Notes: generated by a model not told the origin, from the sequence alone. 64,000 nucleotides of DNA from Eledone cirrhosa (GCA_964016885.1 OZ024743.1:11346001-11410000); one strand, 5' to 3'; shown: positions 13,370 to 28,583, numbered from the stretch's first letter. A program made the numbers and translations.

Positions 13370-14860
13370 TTTCTACTAATGTAAGCAATAAAACGTTTGC
13401 GCCTGTTTGAACGTAGTATTTCAAATATATTGAATAAACTGTTATATAATATAAAGAAAAGATAAGCATGTTTAGCAATTTCATTTAAAATAATATTCTT
13501 TTTTATTCTTTTTTCCCAATAAAAGTTCGTTTCACCTTCATAGTTTATTGTTATCAGTATCTATATGTAAAAACATCTTATTATGCCACTCAAATTTCCA
13601 TTTATTAATATGTCATTTTTAACATATGTTAAATATCGGTCCCACGAGTCTCTTTATAGTGAAGAAATGTTTCAAACGTCGACTGAAAGTGGTTGTAACC
13701 GCTTTTATTGTTTTAGTTCTTGTTAATCAGCAGGTGATCTCAGTTAAAAACGTATAAGCTTACACAAGTAGAAACTTTTATCTACAAGTGAAAACTAACA
13801 TTTCAACTCGTTATATGATCCAAATATATTTGTTTCTACTTTAGGCACAAGGCCAGCAATTACCCAAATATATTACCCATGTGTTAGGTAGTTTGACACA
13901 TATAGTGCATGTTAAATTTATCCCATCAAAATATATTCGATACATACTGATTTATCGCTCAACTTATTTACATTAAATTGTTATTTATACGTTGTCATTT
14001 TAAAATAACACAGAAAAAAATAAATGCATTGCTTTTAATGAAGACACTTCACCTAATATCAGTAGTAAATTGAAAATGAAATTTTCAAAGCACATAATTT
14101 CAAGTCCCTACTTTTATTTTATCAGCGATATAAAGGTCAAGTTTATGGCAGAGGTGAATACTGGCGTGCAGTTTATCTTAATTTAACTATGGTGATAACC
14201 ATTGATTCGTGCATACAGGAGGCTAGATTAGTTTCTCTGATTACAAACTGTCTCCAGTTACAGCAAAGAAATTTGATCAACAGTATTTGACAAACTTTTA
14301 AGACATAGTATAGTATACTTTTAAGAAATCTTGTCGAATTTATTAAAGTTTGGGAGTTTTCTATTCAATATAGATAGAAAACTCGCCGATTGAATGTCAT
14401 AGCTGTTGAGAACATTTCAAGTTTCTAAGCTTGTCGGCTTTCTGCTAATGTAAGCAATAACATGTGTTAAGTCATTTAAGAAAGATTTTAAACGTAGTGT
14501 TTAGAATATAGTAAATATTATATAATATAAAGAAAAGACAATCGTGAAAAGACAGCTAGGTCGTGAATAAAATAAGTAACTTTTTTTGAAGAGAAAATTT
14601 CTTTCTCCTTTTTTTTTAATTTGTTTTTTTTTCAATAAAAGTTTCGTTTACATTATTTTATAATTTGTAGTTATCAGTATTATAAAAGCACTTAACTTTT
14701 CGTTTATTAATCTATCATCTTTAATGTATGTAAACAGTCTCACGAGTCTCTTGATTCGTGAAAAAAAGTGTTTAAAACTTTGGCTCACTAAAACGCGTTT
14801 GTAAGTCACCGCTTTTACTTTGTAATTCTCGTTACTCAGCGTGTGATCTTGTTTGTTAAT
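13370..14860. repeat. Diverged direct duplication (~13370-13750 vs ~14440-14860)
   Basis: Shared collinear blocks ctaatgtaagcaataa, tataatataaagaaaaga, caataaaagtt, cacgagtctctt and accgctttta. Confidence 0.75.
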
Positions 14861-15170
14861 CAACTTCATTTATTTGGTAGTGATACAATTAAACTGTGAT
14901 TCGATGAGGCTTCTTCACTCAATACTTAAGACCATGAGAGAATTTGTACTTAGTATTACTAACTAATGGAGCACTCGTTGATTATACAGTTCTCACGCTT
15001 ATCAAATGTTTACTACTTCAGAAAATATTGTTGTTGTTGTGTTGTTGTTGTTGTTGTTTAGTTATTCCCGGTCAACGCAAGCGAGCAATTCCAATTGATG
15101 AGTGGCTACGATACTGTTCTATCTCATCTTAAGTTCACATCTGACCATGTGCATTTATCTTGAGTTGAAC

Positions 15171-15312
15171 CAAAAGTCTCAAACACGCGACCTACAGGCC
15201 GTATGAGGCCCGCAAACTATTTTTCTATGGTCCACGGCAGAAAAATTTCCGTGACTATTATTTTACTAAAAGACGTAATGGGCCTTTTGTATCCTTGAGT
15301 CTGAGATCCCTG
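15171..15312. mobile_element. hAT (Charlie-like) MITE
   Basis: Ends caaaagtctcaaac and gagtctgagatccctg, with internal ggcccgc motifs. Confidence 0.6.
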
Positions 15313-16739
15313 AGCAAACTAATCTTCTTTTCGTTTTATCTATCTATTTATCTTATAAATAATTATTAAGGCCAGAGAAACCTGATGATATAGTACATGA
15401 TCTTTGGAAGATATTTAAAATAGAAACATTTTTTATTTTCTTTCTCTTGTCCCAAAGAATTAGATAGATTAAAGTAGATGAGAAGGACAGACTAGCTGAA
15501 GTAAAGTTGGTTAACTTCAAATATGATAGAATAGCGGGTCATGACAATTGAGAATATACAGACAAGAGAATTACTTCAATTTGATGCAGTTTTGTCCATT
15601 TCAGCAGGAGCAATATGTACCTTTGACTGGTGCGCAATATAAAAGGTCTGACGAAGTTATTTTGTTGTTTATCTCCAGGTCAGCTATGGTCGAGCAGACT
15701 TTTGATCAAAAGCTTTTACCATCTAAACTTTTTAGGGATATCTAAAATTATGTTACCTAATGTAACCTTCCCCTTTTTCAAAGACTTGGGTGTGATTTGA
15801 GAACAATTGGGCTTCTATTTCTAGTAACTCAAACGGTCATGTAGATGCACCCTCCGATATAGAAGTAGTAGGCGTAAGGAAAAACATTCATTTGGGTTTA
15901 AAAGGGGTCAATTAGTCCAAAGCATCAGAAGTGGGGAAAAAAAAGAAAGAATATCATATTAGTGAATCAGAGTTACGAAATGTGTGGCTGATGAAGCTTT
16001 AATCAATTAATTGGATATCAGTAATTAAACTGCGGTAATTATTCCGGCTCCCAGCGCTCTGAGTTCAAATCCCGCTCTAGTCAACTCTTCCTTTCACCCT
16101 TTTGCGGTCGATAAAATAAATTACCTGAAATTACCTGTTAATCGATTGGCAGAACTGTTATAGCGTCGGACGAGATACATTACGATATTTTTTCCCAGTA
16201 CTTAGCGTTTAAAGTTCTTTAGTCGTAGACATAAACCATCACTCGGTTTAACACCGCTACCTGATAACTGACTGCCTTTAGCGGAGTTCACTGTGTTGAA
16301 AGCATACGAACTTGGGATAATCCCCCGCTTCCTCCATCGGTCTCGAAGGTGCTGAAAAAATACGTGAAAAAATAATGAGACATGAGTGCTGCCTTTCCTC
16401 TCTGGCAAAGACTAAAACAGACTGTATCTATCCAAATATCGGATTATTAGTATCTAAATCATAATATTTTCTTTAAAAAGAACACGATTCCATTTTTCTA
16501 ATCTGTCCGAAGTCAAACATTATGACCGGTAAAAGTTTGGTACCCCAGTAATGAGTTTTCTTAAAATCTAAAACATAGCAAAGCTAAAGCAGTTTTATTG
16601 TAAGGTTAAATGTATAGCGGTTAAATGTATAGCGTTTGTGTTTAGAATATGTGTTTTCTTAAATATATCCTGTTGGACTAAATACTATAGAGCAATTCTT
16701 TTTGCAGCATCAGTATTTTCGGAGGGGCAGTGATGTTAG

Positions 16740-17085
16740 TTACATATTTCCTTCTATTGCCAGTGGAACATTGGGCGATGAGAATTTTCCATGCAGCACA
16801 ATCGCAAGCTCTGCCACAAACCTGTTCCTAGGCCATGTCCATGTCTACCAAATTTTCAACCAGTTCTTGAAAGATCTGTCTCTTCTCCTGTGTCCCCTCC
16901 CTCAACCTTTGGTTTCCACTCGAGAGAGACCCTTACTTCGTTTAGCATGCATACATAGCAAGAGATCGACATCTTCCGCCATTTTACGGTGAGAGAATAC
17001 CTTTTCCATGACTTCTTCATTCGTGATATGATCACGTAATAGAATCTTAGTATTGTCCTAAAACAACGCACGTGGAAGACTTCTG
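16740..17085 (-). mobile_element. RTE LINE 3' fragment, decayed
   Basis: RCFRTIL...LTVKWRK...VEG post-RT motifs on the minus strand. Confidence 0.65.
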
Positions 17086-18064
17086 TAGTTCTATAGATTC
17101 TGTCTTGCAGTCATAAGTTACCGATAACACGATGACTGATGACCAGTGTAGAATTGATGTTAGTTACTGTTTAACAAACTAAATAAACCACTGAAAATTC
17201 ACGGCAAGTATAACTACAACTCTGTTGCATGTGTAGACAGGACACTAAACTCAGAAACAGCACAGTCCACCTAACTGTAAATATGTACCACGGAGTGAAA
17301 TATATTTAGCTTGAAGTACTGTATATAGTATTTGGAAAGAGATAAATTTCACTAAATAACTTGCAGTAGATACATTACATGAAAACGACTTCTTCAATAG
17401 TGCCCTTTCAACTCAATAGGTTATTTGAATATTGAATGCCACTGTAATAGGGCCAGTGGCTTTTGGGAAGCAATGCAGTGTTGGTTATTGTTATCCGAAT
17501 ATTTGATTATTAGCATCTAACTCGTAATATTTTCATAAAACAGAACAAAATTCTATTTCTTTTTAAATCAGTGTGAAAGTTCATCAGGTGAACTGCAGAT
17601 ACTCTTGGAGCATAAACGCATCCGTCGCCCGGTTGAACATAACCAATGATCTTTGTGTGATTTTAGCAGAGTCCCTTCTGTTGCAAAGATCCAGTTTTGA
17701 TTTCTTCCTCCATTATTTCCGACCAGTTTCTGAGATCCTGTAAAAAAAAATTCCTTCCTCTGACTGAATCTTAAAAAATTGTAAGTCTTAATAAACTCAA
17801 AAGGTTCAACAAACCTAATTAATTAGAAATTTCCCAGTCAACTTTCATGCTATATTTGCAGTGAAAGATGTTGTTTCGACTATAAATAATCTGGTCACAT
17901 AACCAACATATTGTACGCAATATATTTCAATCATTATAATCTCATGGTCGGTTGTTCATTTGATGTCTGTTTTGAATTTGTGATTCACAAGTCAATTTGA
18001 ATCGCATTAATTTTGGTTCTAAATCCTCCATTCTAAGGCACACATACACACACACACGCACACA

Positions 18065-18134
<70 letters not shown>

Positions 18135-18329
18135 GCGTGTAGTGTAAACGACTACGTATGTGTCAGTGTATGTATGAGTGAGTAAATTGGAACACGAACA
18201 GCTGCAATTCGTGTTAATGTTATTATTTTTTAACTAAGAAACTACCACTAACATTCATGTAATGAATGTTACATAACTAATTTAACAAATTAACTGTATA
18301 GCTAATATTACATGATATGAGTAACGTAT

Positions 18330-18520
18330 GTGAAGGGTGCTCCAGTCACAATCGTAAGGTCATGAATTCGATTCCCGGACGCGGTGGGGTATTGTGCAAA
18401 ACACTTATTTCATGTGCTCTGGTCTATTCAGCTAGAAAAAATGAATACCAATAGCAGCTGGAGCGGGGTTAAACCTACGACGAGCTGGCGTTCCAGCCAG
18501 ATTCTGGTGCCAAGCCGTAT
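18330..18520 (+). mobile_element. tRNA-derived SINE, second family
   Basis: B-box-like gaattcgattcc followed by gcaaaacactt..ttcagctag. Relative at 24650-24890 (-). Confidence 0.55.
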
Positions 18521-20010
18521 TGGCATTTACATTTCCATTAGACAACTTCGATGGTGTGGAGTGAGGAAACTTCCATGCACGGGCGATTGCTAATCAATCT
18601 TCCATAAAACACCTTTCTCAAACATTCGCCTTGGAGAACTTTCCTGGTTCAAACCCATTGTTAGTTATGACCGAAAGGGCAATGTTTAAGGGTAACGTGT
18701 TCTGCTGCCAACTGATTATTCGTGAGTTCATCTCTCTTCTGGCAGTTTCAATGTGTTACCGATCTTGACTTTTAATTCTGTGGGTTTTTTTTTAGTTTTC
18801 TGTTGAGAAGAGGTACAGCATTTATTGAAAAATATAATCAACAAGAAATGTTGTCCTCTCCGCAATGAGATTTACAATAGAATTTGAAATTAAGCTCTGA
18901 CTTTGTTACTCCTTCCTTTGACTGACAATCACATTTATCCCTTTGCCATTCATCATTGTAACACAAATATTTCAAGTTAAGAAAGTGAAGTAAAGACAAC
19001 AATCAGTGAAGTGTAATACATACTGTAATATTACTGAAAAGAGAAACCATATATATGTTGATAACTTCTGGTAAACCAGTAGATTAACAACTACCTGATT
19101 TTCAAGGATGAATGCTTTAGGGGTGAGTTTCTATTACTTTCTCCAAGCTCACAGCTGAACAGATACTTAAATACACACTGCCTTTGACAATGTGTAGTTG
19201 TTGTTGTTTGGATCCATATCAGTTATAAATGAGCAACTCTATTATGAAGGAATTTCTAACGGTATCTATCCCATATATGTAGAACAACCTTATCCGATGT
19301 CTTTGTATGTTTAAAGATGGTACGGTATGATTTTGCTGTAGATTTGGCTTCTATTTTTAGCATGTCGAATGACCACGTAGAGGCTTCCTTGCTGGCTTAG
19401 AAATGATGGATCTTCCGTCGGTTTTGACAATGAAAATTTAGTTTTTCCAACATCCAACTCTTGAATTAACGTGTAAGTGGTTGAGTATTCCGCAGAAGAG
19501 TATACCCTTAACTTAAATCTCAAGCAAAATCAGTGTCAGATTATAACAAGGCTGGACCTTTGATTTACATGTATAATCCATTCGACGGGCTCTTACAATT
19601 TCTGTCATCCCAAGACTATAGAAAAGACACTTACCCAAGATGCCACGCAGGTAGCTGATTGTGAAATAAACTTCTTAACCACTCAACCATAGAACCAGAT
19701 TACAAGAATTAGTGTTTAGTTTCATTGGTATATATTGAATTCCCAAATCTTACCGTTTCAAGAAATTAGATACCAGTAATATGTTATTGATCCAGTAAAT
19801 CGATCTTATTAGAGATTTTACGGAAATTGACATTGTCATTCATCAAAAGAAAACCATTGTGGCAGACAGACACGGCCCTTCACGTTCTGAATTCAAATCC
19901 CGCCGATGTTTGCCTTTTATCCTTACGGGATAGATAAAATAAAGCCGCAGTAACACACTGGGGTCCATGTAATCGACTTTCCCCTCCACCCCGAAATTGC
20001 TGGCCTTGTG

Positions 20011-20129
20011 TCTGAGTTCAAATCCCGCCGAGGTTAACTTTGCCTTTCATACTTACGAGGTCGATAAAATAAAGTACCAGTAATGCACTGGGTAATTGCT
20101 GGCCTTGTGCCAAAAGTAGAAACAATTAT
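20011..20129 (+). mobile_element. Young ~120-bp SINE subfamily copy
   Basis: Nearly identical to 25891-26010, 37518-37622, 37892-38257, 49952-50049 and 50515-50595. Confidence 0.9.
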
Positions 20130-20570
20130 TTATAATGTCTGTTACTTACATTATTAATAAGATATATCTATCATATAACAGTTATTCAAATCCTGGTAAA
20201 TTGAGTTAACGAGAGTTGGATATATTTGTCAGTTACACTTTTCTGTAATAGGAACTAATCACCATGTGGCTCAGCGCGACAACCACCTGCGGTTTTTAGT
20301 GATATCTTACAGCCCTTAAATAGGGTGAGTGATGAGTTTTTTATTTTCCAGTGAGAAGAGAAGAAATACACACCAGCTTAAAGTATTATGATGCATTAAT
20401 TACTGCAGTAATAGACTAGAAACTGACCATGAGAGTGTGTGTGACTATATGTGATAAACCAGAATCTTTGATAAGATAATATTGAATCGTGACTTCAATA
20501 GAATACTTTTATACGTGAGCAGTTCCTTTCCTAACGTAGAATCTAAGTAACTATGAACCGCCATCTCTCA

Positions 20571-20665
<95 letters not shown>

Positions 20666-21869
20666 CCCCCCCCTCTCTCTATACTCCCTCTCTCTAGTTC
20701 TCTCGCTCTCCCTCTCTCTAAATTCCAATCTGTTAAATAATTTCTGCTTGCTTGTTGAATGAAATGATAGCATCTCAAACTCACAAGGTTTTTTTTTAAT
20801 ATATATAGTTTCTGTTCGGCGTCTAAAATATAGATGGCAGAAAATAATAGATACCACAGACTAAAATAAATGACATACATGTATCTGAAGACCTAGTCTT
20901 CGGTAATGCCAAAAGACTTATAATAAAAACTACTAATGTTAATAGTGTATGAGATTGAGAAACAACGGGTTCCTTGAAACAGTCATTTAAACTGATCGTG
21001 TCTAGACATGCTGGTTGGCAATGTTCAGTTTAAGAAACTTGATCGTTTCATTCAGAGTTAGTTCTTGAAGATGAAAACAAATTTGCTATGTACATAAAGA
21101 GTAAGTAGTAATAAAGTATAATATGAGGGTGGGTGTACTATGCTAGACGGTATTTCTTAAATCACTGGTCAAAGAGTAAGGAATGACATTGTCTCAAATT
21201 TGAAAATACCGTTGTAGAAAAAGATTTTTAATAGGTCTTGATTTATATGAAAACTTAATAGTATTTTGTAATATCCCTGCTGATTTCAAAGTCATAAATA
21301 CTTACAACCAAAAATCGAAATCGGATTTAGGAAGGGATATTAATGACCCGATTCTCCATTACAGCACGCAGTTATTAGTTAAATTGATACATTTAGTTTA
21401 AATTTTACTACAACTACACTCAAGACAAAATGTATCTACCTCAGCGAGAGAAATATTTGAGGTCGCTTGACTTCCTTGAAATATTATATCCAGTAGACTT
21501 TAGAAATAAAACAGACGAGATGTTGGGTAATGTGGTTTGAAATAAGTTATGCATGATAGAACGGTATAGTAACGGTTAGAATAACTTTGATCTTATATCT
21601 GCTCAATCTGACCTGGTTTGGGACTAAATAACAATAACAAACAACAATAACCTCATATGGATGACTGACATGTAGAATGTATACGAATTAAACACCTACA
21701 GTACCAATTCCTTTACATTTCCTTTTAATCAAACTAAAATAACAAAAAGATGTGGGTAGATAATAGGATATATATAATGACTCACAGTTTATTGAATCGT
21801 TCATACAACAGGGATGATTTTACTTTTCAGTTTTTGTAGTAGAAAATAGCTTGACGCCTCATCCAAGAA

Positions 21870-22095
21870 ATGCACTAGTGGGATATATGGGAAGCAGCTC
21901 GGCCAAGATTAACATGAAAGGATTTGGGATGGTCATGTAAAAGTAACGAAACACTTGTCTATTATAACCAGTTGAATATATCTCTTCGTGAATGTATTCG
22001 CAGCTAGGTGAACTTGACCAGAAAGAATCATGTATTACGATACGAGCACAGTGCAAATGCAGCTCTAGTTGGGTACAGATCTCGATATAAGTTTA
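21870..22095 (+). mobile_element. Old LINE (RTE-like) 3' remnant
   Basis: WDGHV motif and a weak downstream R..G/W pattern. Confidence 0.35.
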
Positions 22096-22329
22096 CAATA
22101 CGTTCTTAGAGAAAGAATGAAAATTCTTGCGGATCAAAAGAAAACATTAACAAGTAATTCAATTATTTTTTATACAGCAAACACTTGATATTGAATATCA
22201 AGACTGCTAATGCTTAGAAGAAAGACACTTTAAATCAAATTAGTTTAAAGACCACCTGGGGCCTTAAATATAATATGTGAATCACTTATATTATTGAAAT
22301 ATTAGATTAGATACGTGTACTTTGCGCGA

Positions 22330-22620
22330 AAATCTTCATCTAGCCTTTTTAATATTCAGCTCATTTTTTATGGGAGTGAGAGAGATTCCTGGGAGAAACT
22401 AATGATTCCATCTTCATCTTCTAACAACCTTTTGAAGTATGAAGATGGCTGTGGCAGTGTTGCGTGTGAAAACCTATCACTGACATTTAAATCACAATGA
22501 GGTCTCCCTTATGTTTATAGATGCCACTGTAGCTCTCTGTAGCTAACAGATCCCTGAAATAACAGTCTCATTAAAGTGTGTAAAATTATCAACTTCACAT
22601 AGTTACTCTACAAGTTGTTC
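22330..22620 (-). mobile_element. Old CR1-like LINE 3' remnant
   Basis: Minus-strand GDLIV motif resembling CR1 RGDLI. Heavily decayed. Confidence 0.35.
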
Positions 22621-22914
22621 CATATTAATTTCAGATCTGGAGAGTTGCTAAGATATAGACTAAAATCTAATACTCTGTACTACTTCAAAAGCACGGAATA
22701 AAACTGTAAAATAACCGAGTGCAAATGTTCAACAATTGTAACTCATGAGATAAGAGGCCTGTAACACTGCACGCTTATCGACCAGCGACATCGGTTACGC
22801 AATGAAGTGTTTTTCAACAGTTAGTCTCTCTGAACGAGATTTAGCTTTTCCAGTGACATTTTCATAACTCAGAAAGTAGTTTGTAAACAATAAAAATAGT
22901 AAAAATCTAGAAGG

Positions 22915-22957
<43 letters not shown>

Positions 22958-23294
22958 TATATATATTAATACAGTGCAATGGGTACGGAAAATTTGCTGC
23001 TTCAGGTTTCGCCATATGAGTTACATGTTGCATAACTAATTAGTCTCCTTAGGCAAACATTCACCTAACTCAAATTCACCTAGCTACCATTTTTAACAAA
23101 TACTATCACCAATGTTCTGGGAGAGAACTTTTGTTCAGTTTAAACCCCTGAATATTTACTTGAATCAATGTAGATAAATTCAATAATTCTATATAAATAT
23201 TGTTATATTTGGGAAGGGTCATGTTGTTTTCATATTGCCAATCACTATTTGGTTTCGTTTGGGTTTCGCTTCAGTATATTTTTATATTTGCATA

Positions 23295-23525
23295 AATAAT
23301 TAAATCGAAAGAAACAGGGCTTGTTTTTCTATCTTAATTTATTCAAGCCACACCGGACACTGGAATGGTTCCTTTATTTCCCTCGGAAGAAGTGATATTA
23401 ATCACGAACTATCAGGACATATGAATAAATTAAGGTAAAAAAAACAAGCTCTGTTTCTTACGATTTAATTATTCTCCGTCCAAACCTGCATTGTCGTGGT
23501 TTTCAAACTTCGAATCCTTCATACC
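23295..23525 (+). mobile_element. PLE hairpin + tail insertion, family D
   Basis: Inverted arms 23295-23345 and 23422-23473 enclose the degenerate hammerhead cct-CgGAAGA-agtga-tattaa-tcac-GAAC-tatc-agg. It interrupts a repeat also seen at 5835-5990. Confidence 0.6.
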
Positions 23526-24432
23526 ATATACAATGCTTCAAGTAAACTACAAATTCCTTCCTTTTATAAATAATTTAGATATCAATCAATGTTTATCATT
23601 GATTGACGAACAATTAGAAATAAATATAAATATAGTTTCTCAAAGTTATTGCGTAACACATGTCTGTGACATCTTCAGTGACTTATATATTTCCTCCCGT
23701 TGTGTTCCTATATAAATCATTCCTTATTATAATACAGTGGACGGGAAATAAGCGCAGAATAAAAATATCGTGTGCAGTCCACTGCACATTTATAAGTAAG
23801 GTTATAGTAAATTAAGATTCTACATTGATAACCACAGGAAATTAATATGGTTGTGTTAATGCCTTTATCTAAGAGCAAATATATGCTGTAAAATCCGTAT
23901 CGGTAATATACGCTTAATTAACTATATCATAAATATACATATTCCGAGATAGAGTGAAATGCAACTGTACTATGAAATATGAACAGAAGGAATTACAGTG
24001 GTAGAGTTAAAAAGATATGGTCTATGAATATTAGGAATTAAAGTGGTATAGTAGAGAGGTAATTACGTGAGGAGATCTTAAGGAGATCTAGTCCCTGTGG
24101 TATCCTGTAGTGAGTCAGGTGGTTTAGTTAGATGCCAGAATTTTAATAGGTACTTATAGAAATTATGGCATGCTCAAAAGTATTCCGAACAAGTATTAGG
24201 GTAATTGGTAAATGTTTTAGTACTTTCCAATATATTAGCTTTTTCCGCAAGGCAGAACTAGTATTTTCTTGTTCCATTTATTGCACTGTTTTTTGTTTTT
24301 GTTTTGTTTTGTTTTGTTTTTCTTTTTGATTCTCCATGTAATGTTATCGTTTAACTATCATATCCACCACAATGTCCAACAAAGGGTATATGTATATATA
24401 CACACAAGTACATGCACATACATATATACATG

Positions 24433-24536
<104 letters not shown>

Positions 24537-25069
24537 TATATATACATACATATATATATATATATATATGTATAAACGCGCGTTAAACCGTACTAGTTGG
24601 GAGACGGGTGTGTTTTAACCAATTTAACAAGTTAACTAATGGTATGGATTAATACTCAAGATCCCAAATCTCATTCGCTTGCCGAGTGGGATGGACCTCA
24701 TTGAATCGGACAAAGGAAACTTTTGTTTCCATTGGTCTTTCTATTGCTGATACTATCTACAGGTCGCAACTCCTTGGCAGAAGAAGCAACGTGAAATAAA
24801 ATGTCTTGCTCAAGGACACAACACTTCACCCGGTCCGAGAATTGAACTCACAATCTCACGATTGCGAATCCAACTCTTTAACCACTAAGACAGATTAGAA
24901 TATATGCATACCAAATAAGGGGCCAGAATGGACGGGGGCAGCTGGTTATGCATTCCAAGTCGAATGTTTAAAAATTAACGTGTTACCTACATAGAAACTT
25001 TGAGATGATCCTCGAGTATCGTATTTACTCCAATCCAATGCAATCATAAGTATAATGCGACCTCCAAAT

Positions 25070-25133
25070 ACAGCCATGGTTATTTATAGTAACAGATACC
25101 TAAATATAGAATGTTACGCGATGCCCCCCCCCC

Positions 25134-25164
<31 letters not shown>

Positions 25165-25355
25165 AGCCCCGGCGGACAGGATGGAGAAGGCGTTCCCCCG
25201 GAGGACGGCAAGGGAGGCGCGCTGGAAAAGCCACTCCAACTCGCGGGGTTCACACCTGCGGCTGGCCAGCTCAGCACCTATGGTGGTGAGTAGGGAGGTA
25301 GCCCTAGGGCCGAGGACACTAGAAGTCTCCACTGCCAGAGGTACAACCGATATCT
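25070..25355 (-). mobile_element. CRE-clade non-LTR retrotransposon 3' fragment (restriction-like endonuclease C-terminus)
   Basis: PLAVETSSVLGPRA...EPRELEWLFQRASLAVLRGNAFSILS matches the CRE motif P.A.ET.G..G...QR.S.A..RGNA. Confidence 0.85.
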
Positions 25356-25890
25356 TATGACAACAACGTATATCGCTTCAAATGTTAAAACATGTAAAAC
25401 AAATAAAACAATAACTAAAACACAAACACTAAAACTGACATAGTTTCTGTTTTTGCTCAGAAGTTATTTAGCTAAGGCTGTTTAACAAATTATAATTGTT
25501 CATAAAATTAGTTTATAACTTTAAAAATATAAAGGTTTGATTCATCGTATGTTTCTTCAAATAACTCCAGGATGTCATTTATCGACATTTTAATAAACCC
25601 GGAAAAGTGTGTAGCCATGTCTAATAATCCAGTACTTAGTCCCACTGATCCAAGTAAAGCTCTTGTTAGAAGAGATTTTTTACCCTTTCCACTGAATAAC
25701 GAAGCTCTTCGCATCAAACTGGTAACCACATTAAATAGTACAGATCAAGTGATCAACATATATTATGTACGTAATTCGTGTAATGCATGCATCATTTACA
25801 ATGTGAATGTCATATATGCTTCAATCCAATTTATCTATCTATTCTGATTACATTATTAATTATATCCAGCATAGTTACGTCCCTTTACGA

Positions 25891-26010
25891 TCTGAGTTCA
25901 AATCCCGCCGAGGTTGACTTTGCCTTTCATCCTTACGGGGTCGATAAAATAAAGTACCAGTAATGTACTGGGTAATTGCTGGCCTTGTGCCAAAAGTAGA
26001 AACAATTATT
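25891..26010 (+). mobile_element. Young SINE subfamily copy
   Basis: Near-identical to 20011-20129. Confidence 0.9.
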
Positions 26011-28583
26011 AATTATTCCACATCATGAGTTTTGCCTTCCTTCAACACACCACAATAAACAAGAGAGCACCATCTCACTCTCTTCTGCCACGTACATTTT
26101 TGAAGTAATATTTTCTTCCTTTGCATACAATCAACTGAGTGAAACCTTTTAACATTTTCTTTATTTCTCTATCTACATTGCGAATGATGGTTAATTTTCT
26201 CCTCTATGATAGATTTCATCCTCATGTCTCTAATAGACTTTTTCTCTCTATAACATTCCTATGGTGTTATTCCACAGTGGCTTCTTGTGTCGCCTAAAAA
26301 TATTTAAAATAAGAAGCTTCTTTTCTATCTCTTTCTGTCTTTCTTTGATGATACAATGTGAGGATTTAACTTTATTTTTATTTCACTGACGTTTCTAAAT
26401 ATCTTCTTTCATCTCAAACACAACGGCATTAGACAGTGCTTGCACACGTATTTATTCTCTAATTGCAATCCATTAGACAGCACTGCCTTCTTCGTAACTA
26501 ATGCCTCCTTTCAAACCTCAAGAGTATTTAAGACTATGAACTGTGCTACGTACAACACAAATATGATGGTTTTGTCTAAATTTATCTAAGAAACCAGCGA
26601 TTTCCCTTCTCACAAATTCACATCATCTCTGATTTGATTTGAATATGATTATCAAGATTAGCCACTTATAAGCAATCCTTCGTCTGCTGCTTCTGAGACT
26701 TAGTATATGACACTATGATACTCAAATAATTGCTTTCCGATTTTTGCTGTGATTCTTAAACTTATTACATTACTTATACATTCTGAGAGCCTTACAGGAT
26801 TTCTGGTTTCCCGAATCATCTGCAACGTTTTTCGTCAAAGATCGCCCGCAAAATGCATTGTTTTACATTAGATATATGTCATAACCATATGTGCCCTAAT
26901 ATCCATATGAAATACGTGAATAGACACACGTCTGCGTTGTCAACTGCAAGCTGATAATAGTTCGAATATACTGTAGTTCTACGCTCTTACATTTTCGACA
27001 AAAGATCCCACGATAATTTCCTGACACGACTCGTTGATGGAATAATACAAGTTGCCAAAATGGCCAAAGTTTCTTAATCCATGCAGTTCCATCGACGACT
27101 AGTGATATTGATGTCAGGTTTACAGTTTCGGTGTTAACTACGCTAATATAGTAATTGTTTATCTTATCAGGAATTATATGTTGCCCATATGATAGGTTGT
27201 TGCTGCTCTTGCTATTTTGTTCCAAATCCGTTTCGATTGTTTTTTTTTTCCCTGCTCAAAACTATGTTCAAAGGTACTCCAGGTGCAATTATATTTTCTT
27301 TTCAGGAATAGTGAATCTAGGACTATATAATCTAACGTGTCCTTTCTTGTTTTAAGTGGGTTTGGGATTTAGGGGAGATTTGGCAGCTAAGTTATTGTGA
27401 CTCATTACTCTAAGTGGCGATATGTATTGTCCTTTTACTCTGTAGTATCTATTAAATTTCAGAACCCAAACTCAACACGATGTCAATTTTAGCCCCCAAA
27501 AAAGAAGTTTGCCGCTTAGCTACTTAAAGCCTGAGAAACCGGAAATAGGTACGAATTCAATGAAATGCAGAGGCCCGAAAACAATATCCATCTCCTCTTC
27601 CCCCTCATTCAATAACCCAATAGGTTTATTAGGCAGCTTTTTACAGCATTTATTCCTTACTTGCTCAGTCTATTAGTTGATAGACACGAAAGGATTACGT
27701 AGCACGAAAGCAGGAAATTACTAAATTACTAATCAACACTTTCATCTCACTTCGTTTCAAAATCTAACAAACTATGTTGTTAAAAAATGTTCATTTGTCC
27801 TATTATATACGAAATAATATGTAAAAGCATGTTATTGGGTCGACTAAGTTCTGCTATGTGTATTTTCAACTTCAGCAGTCGTGCTCAGAATATAAATGAG
27901 CTGCCCTAACAACGCCGTTTATGCTACGTGTTTCGCAACACAAATACTGTTAACCAACCTTGAAAAACTAGAATAAAGTCGAAGGAGCCTGTACGTTGTC
28001 GTTCGACCAGTTACAAATAGATACCTACCTATCTTTATATCTATCAATCAAAATATATCTATCATTTCAAAAGAGCATACCCTGCCGAAATAGCTTGAGT
28101 GGTGATAGTATTTAATACTAGCACTAGATTGACTATTGTTGTTGTTGCTTTTTTCATATCGATGACACTTGTGCGAAATTAACCAGCTACATTCTTTTTG
28201 TTTTGTTTTATTTTGTTTGTTTGTTTGTTTGTTTGTTTGTTTGTTTGTTTGTTGTTTTTTGTTTTGTTTTGTTTTTTGTTTGGAATCTGCTATTTTTCAT
28301 ACCCAAGTATGTATGATGTACATGTTCTGACGAATCCTCTATTAACTACATCGGGTCGTACAGTGAAGTCTATGGTTCACTGAAAAAGTATAAGGCCAAC
28401 ACATATCCGAAGTTATATTTTGTAGTTGTTGAAATGATTAAAGTAATATTAGTAATTTAGCTAATGTTATCTTTCTTCACCGCAAAAGTATTTATAATTA
28501 GATATTTAAAGCATTACATATGCCTGCATCAACTTAATTTTTAGTTTTTCAGGAGGATGGTATCCTCCAGTAATTAATCTCTC

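Noticed and set aside
25055-25360. Proline-rich + strand ORFs
   Set aside because: Antisense of the CRE fragment plus a poly-C/(AC)n tract.
26030-26830. Possible transposase remnant on the minus strand
   Set aside because: Too decayed to assign by eye. The same holds for faint LINE-like traces at ~21050-21250, 34250-34400, 39230-39400 and 53780-54020.
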